Below are positions 38,120 through 50,401 of a DNA stretch of 64,000 nt, one piece after another; the stretch's first letter is position 1, and each line of letters starts with the position of its first letter. The notes below the pieces were generated by a model. It saw nothing but the letters and a program-made list of their open reading frames with translations, was not told where the DNA came from and made no database searches. The DNA lies in assembly GCA_010909165.1 (NCBI GenBank), contig VJWM01000063.1, forward strand, positions 1,302,001-1,366,000. The letters run 5' to 3'. This DNA comes from Anthoceros angustus (taxonomy: Eukaryota > Plantae > Anthocerotophyta). Made by a program: the position numbers and the translations under genes.

Positions 38120-39050
38120 TATAGCCAAGCCTGCAGTTATCAACCATTGCATGCAAGTTATGTCGAAAGCTTGCCCGATCAACCTGCATCGGGCCGATTC
38201 CGACACACCAGGCGTGTAAGTGCCACCTGCACCAAATCCCATGGCTTGTTCTCGCTCTGTTATCGTTGGCTCCCCTACTTCATTTCCCTTTGTGTCCAGC
38301 ACCATGCCTTCTCCCCCTTTCCTAAACGCATAAGATTGCACGGTCTTGACGAGTGTGGGCCACGCCCTTCTTGGCTTTCCCACCTCGTTCACTGGATAAT
38401 GGGGTACTTTATCTCCCTTGCATACCGGTTGTGGCAGTCGTCCCGAACCCAGAATGTCCTCGACATACGGTCTTGCATGAGCAGCGGTGATGCCTCGGGG
38501 TTGTCTGCGCCACATTGGTCCAGAAGCTTCGCACTCGATGTGCATATGAACCGGTCTGCACGGCATCCACAATAAATTCTTCTCCCAGCCGGTCTACGGG
38601 TTGCCCGTCTTGTTAGGACATCTTCACGTCATCGAACGCACCACACACGTTTCGGTAGGTACCCAGCGGGATGGGTTGGTCGCACTTCCTCGAAAATCCG
38701 GATGCCTTCCGCTGCTAGTTCCATGCCATTGCCTGAGCCACGGCCAGCTCTAGAAAAAGTCCTACATTCCCACCCTGCAATCAACATATCCACCTTGCAC
38801 CCAATGGCATAAATTTGACGCTTTCCTACCAACAAGATGTCTGCAGGCAACCGGCTTTGGCATCCCTTGACTGCTTCTCTGCTTATCAATGCGGAGTGTT
38901 CCCTTTGCATCCGCATGATTCTGGTCCTGGCTACCGCACGCGCCCTTTCATCCAGTTCGACACATGTGTATTTTTTTATCCGAATGCCGCTTCTCAACAC
39001 TGCCTCCAACCCGCTGTTGATCCCGGAGCAAGTTCCATGAGATGAATGCC
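38120..39050 (-). CDS. C5 DNA cytosine methyltransferase domain inside pol (B1)
   Basis: Motif I CSGINSGLEA; II YTCVELD; III ADI; IV VDMLIAGWECRTFSRAG; VII/VIII FIVDAVQTGSYAHRVRSFWTN; IX PTITEREQAMGF; X RLIGQAFD. Lies between PR and RT. Confidence 0.9.
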
Positions 39051-41607
39051 CCGTCTTCCCACCTTCCACCAAATCACCTTACTGTTGACCCGCACAGCGA
39101 TTCAAAACCAGCGTTTGATCAACGGGCACTCGCGGGTTAAGGACAATCTAACCACTCCTGCGGAGATGTTCTCGTGTCAGCGCTTGCATCAATTACCTTG
39201 TGTTCCTGACATACAGACAAGCATCCGTCTCTTCGCCATCCGGAATTTCCTCCCTCGTTAGTTCTTCGGTTTCTTCCCACACCTCAGCCCTGTGGACGCT
39301 TCCCGCTCCACATGCGGTCACTGCTAATGTGGTGCCTGTGTTTTCCCCAGTTCTCCTCATGCTAAGCGGATTCTGGCTGTGTGTGAGAAGTCCCCGTCTC
39401 GCCACCGCGGGCTGTAGAATGCCACCGAGTGCAGTGGATCTACTCCCATTGCTGGTCCATGTGTGCCGTCAGTGCCAAGCAGCACATCGTAGTTTCTTGC
39501 GTTGGACACCAAGCAATGAACTTCAAGGATCGTCGCGTCCTTGGTGCCTGGCTTGAGCTCTATGCGAACCGGATCCCTCGTGATCCCCATCACTTGCTCC
39601 TTGGTACCCACGGACGTGGTGATGCGTACCTCACATGGCCTCAATCAGCCATCGTCTGGTGCCATACACACGGACTGTATTGGATGCTCGTGTCCACCAA
39701 GACACATTCCGGGGCGAAACCATTCACGGTGACTTCTCGGCCTCGATTGTCCACCATGGCGACTCCCCCTTTTCCCCGAGCCGCTGGTTTCAAATGTTCC
39801 CCGCATAGGCTGGTGAAACCAGACATCGCGTCAGCTTCTGTGGAGGCACATTTCATCCATGCCTGCATTGCCTGTTTGAATGGCTGCAGCTTCACTCCCA
39901 GATCACGCAGGCTGACCATGGGCACATCCATTGCCTTCTCCAGTAAGAGCTCCATATTGGGCGGCTTCCCTTCTGCGGAGTTCATGTGCTCAGGATCCTC
40001 CACCTGCTTGAAGGATCTGGGCATCTTGGGTTGACTCCTTGTCCCAATCTTTTTGCCTTTGACAGCTTCCCCCATATCAGCATCACCTTGGGTCACCCCC
40101 ACGGTCATCAACGCGTACACTTCTTGGTCCGAGTCGTACTCTTCCAGGGCAGCGTCGGGGCCCTTGATGTGTTTACACTCATCGCCAATTGCTCCTGCAA
40201 CCGGTGCACCTCACTGAGAAGCGCCTTCCGTGTGTAACCGATGGCCACTGTCGCCCACTCGCCTCCAACCCCTTTGGGTCCGAACTCGGGTGAGCTTGCC
40301 AACATCGCCTCCGTATGGCCCGTCTTGGCGCAGTCCTACACACCTCCTTTTCCTTGGCTCCACCGACGCCGAAACTCACATTCAAAGGCTTTGTGAACCC
40401 TCGCACCGCAGCATTTGTGATTTGTGTTGATTGCACTATTGGTGGCGCTCCTTGGCGGTGAAGTGTTCTCGCATTCGCCTTGTGTCGGTCACGATGGGAA
40501 CTCCTTCCTTGTGATCTTTCGTGATGTCTGCCTTTGTCCTTTGACAGGTTGTGTTCTTCCCAATACGCCTTGGTCACTGACATCTCCTCTCATGACTCTT
40601 CCAGCGCTCCGCCCCCGCCCTGTGGCGATCGGGCCACCTCCGGGTCCTGTCGGATCTCTTCCTGAAGCATCTCCGCCACTTCTCGAACCACATTCGGTGG
40701 AAACTGGGGTGTTGCCTTGGGTGAGTCCGTTTCCTCTTCTAACGTTTCCGGGGGTTTCTGGTCGGTTGCTTCTTCTGGCAGAGCTGCCCGATTCAACTCA
40801 CCTTCCTTGGCTGGATCTCCCTCCTTCGCGGGTGTCCCGTCCTCCGTATCCGTTGGGCTCTCCCATTTTCTTCCTCTTCCTTTGTCTCCTCTCCTTTCGC
40901 TCCTTCCGGTGCCGGGTTGACACTTCCAGGTGCCTCGTGTCTACCTTCTCCTCCTTAGCCGAACTCGCCTCGTACCACTCTGTCCCAAGTTCCTTGGCGC
41001 CTCTTCCCACTCCTGTGCATCTTCAATCAGCACCGCATCTTAGGGAGAGGCGTGAGTTTTTAGCATAGGACATTGTCGTTATGGTGTGTTTTGAGGAGAG
41101 TGTGTGAGGGTAAATTGAGGTTTAGAGGTGGACTCGATCAGAGAGGGTAAACACCAAAATGGCAAGCAAAACTCGCTTGCGTCTCGCAGCACACCCGCAC
41201 GATCGCCTTCCAAGCACTCTCACTGGTATCCTTCTCACTCCCAAAGCCCCACATCCACCGCCTACATGGAAACTGTATGGCTGTCCTGTCTACGAACAAA
41301 CATCAGCAATCCGTCTCTTCTCGCGGATTGCTGCCCCTTTTATCCTTTTCGCTCGGCACCGTGCACCACCAATCACGGGCAACTTGCTTGGGGCGCGCGA
41401 CGCCACCCGTGATCCCGGCGGAAACCATAATCTTGCCGTGATTACAGCTCGGCTCCTCAAGCTTGGCTGCCATTATGCCCGTTCATGGCGGGGTGGGTTT
41501 ATGCATACCCATCACCCCCCATGCCTATGCACATGAGCATGCGCTCACAATCATCCGCATGCACTCATAGGCATCGTATGTGTCAGCATCCTACTTGCCA
41601 TGACAGC

Positions 41608-44600
41608 TGTCGCGCCATAGCTGCATAGTGGGCATGGCACTGATCGAGTCCACCTCTAAACCTCAATTTACCCTCACACACTCTCCTCAAAACACACCAT
41701 AACGACAATGTCCTATGCTAAGAAAAAAGAGAGGGGTAAACACCAAAATGGCCCCTCAAGTCGCCACCAATTGTGCGGCGTGGTAGCACTTGGGCATGTC
41801 GACATCAGAAATCGCCCGATAGAATCGTCTAAACATACTATCACGCAATTGAGGCTCTGATGGTTTCTCGTGCTCCAAAGCTCTGGCTGGGGCGCCACCT
41901 GCCCTCGTGGTCAAAGTATTCATCAACTTGAGCTTTGCTCAACCGCTGCCTCTCCTTAGCACGATGTCGAGCCATGATTTCCTCTTCTTCGTCACTGTCC
42001 ACCTCAGTTTTGACCCTAGGAAGTTGTGGGCCATTCAAACCATTGACGTAAAATTGTTTCTCAATGCACTGAGCACGCAAGAACTCCCCCACGTTGTCGT
42101 TAAGCAAATACCAACATTCAGCTGTTGGTTCATCCCATTCCGTAATGCCATGCAAGCATAAAATGCCCTAGGGTAGCATGGCATACCGTCCCGCCTTCTC
42201 CCGTGAAAATGAGCTGACTTTCAAAGCTGCGCACATCCGCTGGCTTCTCCTGCTGCTTGTACATCAAAAACCCTTCTTTGGGCCAGTGGTCAAAGATCTG
42301 ATGCATAAACAAGTGATGCTCCAACTTTCGAAAGGCACCTTCACAATAACTTGTCCAAACAAAGGTCTGTCTGTTCATACCCCGCCCTGCAAGCTCAAAG
42401 AGGTCCTTGTGGTCATATGGGAAGTTTTCAACTGAGCATGTTTCATGGTGTGACTCCATGTACAGCAAGAAGGCCTGCAACTCCAGGAAGGTCTCCGGCC
42501 GTTCAGGCTTGCTAGGTTGATACTTCCGTATCAAAGGAGTGCGCCACTTGTCCTCCCACGGCCGGTCAGGAAATTGCGGAACACTGTGATGCAACCTGCG
42601 AAAGCACGTTTTGCAAGTATGGTCCGCCTCCAGATCCATGTTGTCCAGCGGCCTGCTGCCATCGGGTTAGCGTGCCATGAGAAGTACCTTGCACAAATCG
42701 CTCACCAGCGCCGTAGTCAATGACACGCGGATTGGATGGCTCAGCAGTCGTGCAGCTTGGTGATGATCCGCAGTTGCGCTGTCCTTAAGTCGCGAGCTGA
42801 CCACCCCTACAGCGTGACAGGAGTGGTGGTGAGAGCTCGCGCAACCAGCCCCGCCTGTCAATAAATCAATCGAGCCCCATCTTGGCCTGCTGGCCGGAGC
42901 TTAGCACCCGCACCGCACCTGCACAAACCCATCATGATCCATGTTTTACTTACGAGGCTTTGATTATCCCGCCTCCGCATGTGCGCCACACCGCCACGCT
43001 TGATACCTTCGCCCCACGCCCCGCCTTCTCTCACGGTGCTATCCGCCGAATGAGCCGACGGCTTTACGCACCGCTTTTACCCTAAAAGGTCCTTTTATCC
43101 TTCGATGCCTCTTCGGCGGCGCGGCAAATTCTTGAGCCGAGAAAAGCACATTGATGATAGTACCATTCACCATCGGTATCACCGTGAGAGGGGTCGAGGC
43201 AAAACACATGATACCCCAATTGCACTTGTTGCAAAGAATCATGAGCTTGGTCCGTGATGTGACCACAAAGTTTGCAAGGCAAGTCAATCGATGGTTTCCA
43301 TGCCCGTCGAGTCCTCGTGTCCAAGTTCGGGTGGCATGGTGCCAAGTGACGCATGTGTTCCTTGCAACGCCGTCCGTCCGCCTTCTAATTCGACACCGCT
43401 CACCCACATTCACCACCCACAAAATCAAGCGCCCAAGCTTATCCAACGTGCCTAATGGTGGTGTTGTAAATACACAAAGTCCCCACTTCAAATTTCCTCG
43501 CCTTGGGTTTCCATGAGCCACCTCGCGTAAAGGCATATCGAGTTGGTCCGATGTTGGGCAATGGCTAAGTTATCCATGGCCATGGGAATTACCATGAAAC
43601 AACTTGGCGCGATTTTGTAATTCTGAAACACTCTTGGATTACATGCCCCAATCTACTAGTTTAGAATAGGCTACAATATTTGGCATGACAGCATTCCGTC
43701 CAAACATGATGTAATATGGGCTGAAGTTGCCCAAAGCAGCCTGCACACGCGTGATCCTATATCCTAGTGCAACATATGGCAACAACTCATCCCGAATGGT
43801 CTCAACCTCGCAATATTTGCGAAGAGTCCTTGAAAGTTTGCACTAACCGCTCGCCAATCCGTCGACGAGGATGATCCCGAGATGTGCGGCGGTGATCTAT
43901 CAAGCTCGATCCAAGAACGCTTGGAATTCACCGCGAACTCATTGCCTTGGTCCGTCAACACCTCGCGCAACTTCTATCCGCCGAGAACACACTGCAAACG
44001 CCGTCTGTCGTGAGCTCGATTGGGAGAAAGGCCAATTCCACCCACTTTGAAAAGTGCTCTATCATCAACATGCAGTCCTTGTTGCCTTGCTTGGTCACTG
44101 GCAATTCAGGCATCAAAGTCAACTGACCATCGAAAAAATAATCCCTTGATGGGCGTGAATGTAGCACCACATCCCGGCCGTTGAACCTCGCCTTCATCGC
44201 ATCACATGCACATCGCGCCACCACTTGCTCTACATCTCGCATACGACCAAAAGTATGTACTCTTCAACATGTGATGTGTTCTCTTGACGCCAAAATGCCC
44301 CAACATTTTGTGTACCTTGGTCACTAGTAGTCTTCGCTCCTCCACGGGCGGCACCTCCTTGCTCACCCCTCGATCAACCACATACACCTTGCCATCTTTG
44401 TATGTATAGCGAGCAATTCGTCGCTGCAGCTTCTGGAGGGACATTGTGTCCACACCAGCCACATGCCCATCCCTTAACAGCTGAATGGCATGCTCGAGCT
44501 TCCATATGTCTCGACCTCCTTCTGACGGCTGTTAATCACTGCCCGGTTCCAAGGACAGCATCGCCAAATACACACTGGGCAAATGCTGCACAGATCCGAA

Positions 44601-47600
44601 GTCTTGTCTCGCCCCAATGATGTCTTCTGCCCCACACATCGGGTTCCTGCTGAGCCCATCGGCATTGAGATGTACTTTTCTAGCGCGGTGCACAATTTGC
44701 ATATCATACTCGGATAGCAAGAGAGCCCACCTAGCAAGCTTCCCGCTTAGCTTCATATTGGTCATCAGCCAGTGTAGTGGCTGATGATCCGTGACCAATT
44801 GAAAACTTCGACCAAATAGGTATACTCTAAGTGCAAGACCTACCACAAGTAAGACACTCCTTCGTAAGATAATAATTGGCCTCCGCGGTGTTATTCGACC
44901 GCCGCACGCCACAACCCGCTCTCTCCCTTCCTCATGCCTTGGGCAAGCACGGCCAATGCCTACAAAGACTAATCTGCAGGATTAAGGGCTCGGTTGGGCT
45001 TAAGCATTGGCCTCTCGCCACCGCTTTCAACTCCTGCCACGCTTGCTCTTGCTCCCGCCTCCAAGAGTTTCCTTTTGAGTAGCTCATATAGTGGCTTGCA
45101 GGTTCTGCTCATGTCTCTTATAAACCGACGATAATAGTTCACCAAGCCCAGGAACGCCCTCAAGGCGGCCACATCCTTTGGTCTGGGCATGAGACTCATC
45201 GCTTGCACTTTGGCCAATTGTGGCAGCACGCCTCCTGGCACAATCTTGTGCCCTAGGTATTCTATCTCCCTATATGCGAACTTGCATTTCTTGGGGTGGG
45301 CCTTCAATCCAGATTTGGCCAAGCGTTGCAATAGCACCTCTAAGTGCTCAATGTGTTCCTCCAGGTTATTGCTGAACACCAGAATGTCATCGATGTAACA
45401 CTTGACAAATGCCCCTGCCCAAGTCACCACTCGTTGAAAATATATGGATGCATTCTTCAATCCGAACGGCATGGTCTCCCATTCCCACAGCTGCTCTTTG
45501 CCCCAAAATGCTGTCTTGCACTTGTCCTCCTCCTCAATTACAATCTGATTGAACCCAAATCGAAAATCAAGGGTGGTGAAGTACTTGGCTTCACCAATAG
45601 CGTCAAAGATCTCATCAGGCGTGGGCATGGGATACCGTTCCATGGGCGTTATTTCATTCAGAGCTCGGTAATCTGCACACATTCTCCTATCCTTCCATTC
45701 CCCATGTTCATCCTTCTTGAGTGGCGGCACGGCTGCGGCATATTGCGATGTTGATTTCGAGCCCAGCCACTAGTTCCTTGCAGCTTGTCTCGATGTCCCA
45801 TTCCATGGGACTCGGTTTGTCTTCTTGAAACACGGGTTCATTGGTGGTAGTAGTGATCTTGAACTTGATCGATCATATCGCCTAACTCGCCCCAATCGAA
45901 CGCCAAGGTGCCACGATTTCGAGTAGCATGTCTCGGATCCTTTTGTTGCTCACCGGTTGCAAATCTTCACATATTTGCCAATCATCGATGGATTCTCATA
46001 GTTCCTTTCTTGTGGCAGGCCGGCCGTGGTTGGCGGCACGTTCTTGCTTCTCCGACGCAGATGTAAGTTCATCTTCTGCATCGACGCCTCCATTCTCTCG
46101 ACCCATGGCTATCTCATAGCTGCCGCAGCTATCAACCATTGCATGCAAGTTATGTCAAAGCTTGCCCGATCAACTCGCGATTCCGACACCAGCGCAAGTG
46201 CCACCGCACCAAATCCCATGGCTTGTTCTCGCTCTGTTATCGTTGGCTACTTCATTTCCCTTTGTGTCCAAAGACCATGCCTTCTCCCCTTTCCTAAACG
46301 CAGATTGCACGTCTTGACGAGTGGGCCACGCCCTTCTTGGCTTTCCCACCGCTCAATCGGATAATGGGGTACTTTATCTCCCCTTGCATACGGTTGTGGC
46401 GATCGTCCCGACCCGAATGTCCTCGACATACGGCGGCACCAACCGTGATGCCTCGGGGTTGTCACATCGCCACATTGGTCCGAAGCTTCGCTCGATGTGC
46501 ATATGAACCGTCTCGCACGGCATCCACAATAAATTCTTCTCCCACCACCGAGCGTTGTGTTTCCGGACATCTTCACGCTCATCGAACGCACCACACACGT
46601 TTTCGAGTAGGTACCAACAGGATGGGTTGGTCGCTTGCACTTCCCGCAAAATCCGGATGCCTTCCGCTAGTTCCATGCCATTGCACGAGCCACGGCCAGC
46701 TCGAAAAGTTCCACATTCCCACCGCAATCAACATATCCACCTTGCATCCGAGGGCATCAATTTGACGCTTTCCACTAACAAGATGTCCGCAGTAACCGCC
46801 GGCATCCTTGATCGCTTCTCGCCACGCGGGTGTTCCCTTTGCATCCGCATGATTCCGGTCCTGGCCACCGCACGCGCCCTTTCATCCAGTTCGACACATG
46901 TGTATTTTTTATCCGAATGCCGCTTCTCAACACCGCCTCCAACCCGCTGCTGATCCCAGAGCAAAGTTTCATGAGATGAATGCCTCGTCCTCCCACCTTC
47001 CACCAAATCACCTTGTTGTTGACCCGCACCAGGCTGGATTCAAAACCAGCGTGAGGTCGCTCGGGCACAAGGGACAATCCTCCTCACGGAGATGTTCTCG
47101 TGTCAGCGCTTGCATCAATTGCCTTGTGTTCCTGACATACAGACAAGCATCCGCCTCTTCGCCATCCGAATTTCCTCCTCGTTAGTTCTTGGTTTCTTCC
47201 CACACCTCACCAGACGCCCGCCCACATGCGGTCACCGCTAATGTGGTGCCTGTTTTCCCAGTTCTCCTCATACTAAGCGGGATTCGGCCATGTGAGAAGT
47301 CCCTGCCTCGCCATCGCATGGTCAGAATGCCACCGAAAGTGGATCTACTCCCATTGCTGGTCCATGTGCCCGCAAGACATCGTAGTTTCTTGCGTTGGAC
47401 ACCAAGCAATGAACTTCAAGGATCGTCGCGTCCTTGGTGCCTGGCTTGAGCTCTATGCGAACCGGATCCCTCGTGATCCCCATCACTTGCTCCTTGGTAC
47501 CCACGGACGTGGTGATGCGTACCTCACATGGCCTCAATCTGTCGCCGCAAGCTGAAGTGCCTTCTGCACACGGACCCCAAGTAGCACTGGATGCTCGCCT

Positions 47601-50081
47601 GTGTCCACCAAGACACATTCTGGGGCGAAACCATTCACGGTGACTTCTCGGCCTCGATTGTCCACCATGGCGACTCCCCCTTTTCCCCGAGCCGCTGGTT
47701 TCAAATGTTCGATAGGCTGGTGAAACTGACATCGGCCGCCTGGTAGGCACATTTCATCCATGCCTGCATTGCCTGCTTGAATGGTCGCACTTCACTCCTG
47801 TGTCACGCAGTCGACCATGGGCACATCCATTGCCTTCTCCAAGAAGAGCTCCATATTGGGCGGCTTCCCTTCTGCGGAGTTCATGTGCTCAGGATCCTCC
47901 ACCTGCTTGAAGGATCTGGGCATCTTGGGTTGACTTCTTGTCCCAATCTTTTTGCCTTTGACAGCTTCCCCCATATCAGCATCACCTTGGGTCACCCCAC
48001 GGTCATAGCGCATACACTTCTTGGTCCGAGTCGATTCTTCCGTGGCGCCGTCTTTACGGCACTCATCGCCAATTGCTCCTGCAACCGGTGCACCTCACTG
48101 AGAAGCGCCTTCCGTGTGTAACCCGCGGTCTGCTTCACTTTGTCGCCCACTCGCTCTCCAACCCCTTTGGGTCTGAACTCTGGGTGAGCCTGCCAGCATG
48201 CTGCCTCCGTATGGCCCGTCTTGGCGCAGGTCCTACACACCTCCTTTTCCTTGGCTCCACCGACGCGAAACTCACATTCAAAGGCTTTGTGTGAACCCCT
48301 GCACCGCAGGCATTTGACGGCTGCCTTGGTGTTGATTGCACTATTGGCTGAGCGCTCCTTGGCAGGCGAATGCCTTCTCACAACGTTCCCTTGTGTCTGG
48401 TCACGATGGGAACTCCTTCCTTGTGATCTGCGAATGTATGCCGCCTTTTGACGAGGTTGTGTTCTTCCCAATACGTTGGTCACGATCTCCTCTCATGACT
48501 CTTTCCGCCATTTCATAAGCCTGCTCCAGCTCATAGTCTGCGCCATGTAGCATGTGCAGAAAGTTGGCAATTACCCTTCTCTGTCTTCCTGGAAGAGCGG
48601 CTATGTAGATTTGTGTGGCTTCCCGCATGGTCTTCACTCGTGTGTCTTTCACCAGCTGTCTTAGTCTCAGATATGCTGATCTAAGGGGCTCATTGGGCTT
48701 GATGGTGAATCTAGATACCTCGGATCTTCTCGATAGAGGACACCGGGAACATCTCCGCAAACTTGCTGAACATTTCATCCACTAGAAATGTGATGGCAGC
48801 TGCTTGGGTTGCACTGGACGATGTTCCCTCTTCGTCTCCCTTCAAAGTCCTTTTTGCTCTATCTGTCCGTGCTAAGGATCGGGCATCTTGCAAAATTTGA
48901 TCCTTGCAATCACGATAACATGTAAGGGCCTCTCCGGCCAGGAACGTGCTCATCTTCCTCAAAGCCATCTCCGGAGTGAACTCTGACTTGTACTTGAGCA
49001 CCATCTCATCAATAGCCCATCTGAATTTCTCTTCAAAATCAGCGAGCGACATGCTGCCGTGCCGACCTGTGAACACGTCATTCTTGCTTGGTGCTGGCTC
49101 ATACTCCATTCTGACCTCACCACCGTTTTCTTCGAATGCTATGGAGCGGATGGGACTCTGGTTCCACTCAAACTGGCCACCGCTCCTGCGCGCCAGAGGG
49201 TGTTGGATGACAGGGCTACGAGCTTCCTACACCGGAGTACTCTCGTTCGTCCAGCCTGAGCGTAAGAGCACCATTACCGCGTCAATCCCGCCCCCTGCGT
49301 GACACTATGTACGGCATTGTGTCAAAGTCAGTATTGGTCCCTTCGCTAGTCCAATCCGCTAGCCAGGCCAACTTATCAATCACCTCCTCCCACAGCCTTC
49401 GCCACAGGTAGTCAAGCTCTAGCTCTGCCAAGACGACCAACTCAGCAATAGAATGACCAGCATAAAACAGCAGGGAAAAATCCACAGTGTTCTCCTCACG
49501 GTCCACCATTTACTTAGCTTGTTTGGCATCCGTGGGCCCCTTTTGGCTACGTTGGTTGTGGTGCCTGGGCGCTCCGCGGGCCTCACTACGTTGGCAGTTG
49601 CAATGTCGAGCTCCAGAGAAAAGAGGGATTGCTGATGTGCAAAACTCGTTCGGCGTCTCTCGCAGGCACACACCCGCACGATCGCCTTCCAAGCACTCTC
49701 ACCGGTATCCTTCTCACTCCCAAAGCCCCACATCCACCGCCTACATGGAAACTGTATGGCTGTCCTGCTCACGAACAAACATTAAATGGCTTCTTCGTGG
49801 ATTGCTGCCCCTTTTATCCCCTTTCGCTCGGCACCATGCACCACCAATCGCGGGCAACTTGCTTGGGGCGCGCGACGTCATCCGTGATCCCGGCGGAAAC
49901 CATAATTTTGCCGTGATTACAGTTTGGCTCCTCAAGCTTGGCTGCCGTTATGCCCGTTCATGGTGGGGGTGGGTTTATGCATACCCATCACCCCCCATGC
50001 CTATGCACATGAGCATGCGCTCACAATCATCCTCATGCACTCATAGGCATCGTATGTGTCAGCATCCCACTTGCCATGACA
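41608..50081 (-). mobile_element. Young Gypsy-type element copy B2: full gag-PR-C5 MTase-RT-RH-INT-PHD plus extra ORF
   Basis: gag about 49109-48000 with CRTCAKTGHTEAAC; PR VLVDTG; RT 45730-45000 with YIDD; INT about 44460-43400; PHD about 43290-43150. Colinear with B1 but has many small indels. Confidence 0.9.
46110..46985 (-). CDS. C5 DNA methyltransferase domain (B2)
   Basis: IHLMKLCSGISSGLEAV (I), YTCVELD (II), WECGTF-RAG (IV) and WYLLENVC (VI; ENV at 46596-46604). Confidence 0.88.
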
Positions 50082-50401
50082 CACGCCTCGTAAAGCTGGA
50101 GAAGTTGATGCGGAAGGCGAAGATCAAGGAGAGCATCAGTTCATCATCAGAGGACGAAGGAGATGAGCATAAGCTTGGATACATGGCGACAGTAACCAGA
50201 TCTAAGGGCAAGGGGAAGAAACCTATGGTAGCTACAAGAGAAGATAGCTCGGAGGAAGAAAAGGATGTCTTGACACGTGCAATGCGGAAGATGCATAAGG
50301 AAGCTTCGCGATCCTCTTCTCAAACCTATGTCAAGATGCCACAGTCGTTTGAGCCCTTGCCAACAGGAGCAAATGTGGGAGCAACATCAAAGTCCAGAGT
50401 G

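Larger units (their letters stand above)
33509..41605 (-). mobile_element. Young Gypsy-type element copy B1: partial gag-PR-C5 MTase-RT-RH-INT-PHD plus extra ORF
   Basis: PR CVLVDT; RT YFTTLDFRFGFNQI...YIDDILVF; RH YTDWS; INT HKMLGHFG..CAAC, WSLDL, LTDQG, LAERL; PHD. The 5' gag is replaced by a foreign fragment joined at about 40592. Confidence 0.9.
25184..50081 (-). mobile_element. 24.9-kb composite insertion with TGT...ACA ends and 4-bp TSD, containing two MTase/PHD Gypsy copies plus captured TE fragments
   Basis: Ends TGTCGCGCCA... and ...TGCCATGACA; CACG at 25180-25183 and 50082-50085; excision restores the element A gag reading frame. Confidence 0.88.

Noticed and set aside
38120-39050. 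Host DRM/DNMT3 gene or bacterial restriction-modification contamination
   Set aside because: The domain is intronless, lacks UBA/PWWP domains and a nuclease partner, and is embedded between PR and RT in all three copies.
33509-48495. B1/B2 as a pure assembly duplication
   Set aside because: The copies differ by substitutions as well as indels (e.g. HHKKC/HPKKC, PFKLKN/PFGLKN) and have different neighbouring sequence. Read confirmation is still advisable.
33067-50081. DIRS/Ngaro tyrosine-recombinase element
   Set aside because: It has a clear DDE integrase, an aspartic protease and a TSD, and I recognise no tyrosine recombinase. The MTase is C5-type rather than the adenine MTase of DIRS. Only the repeat layout is reminiscent.
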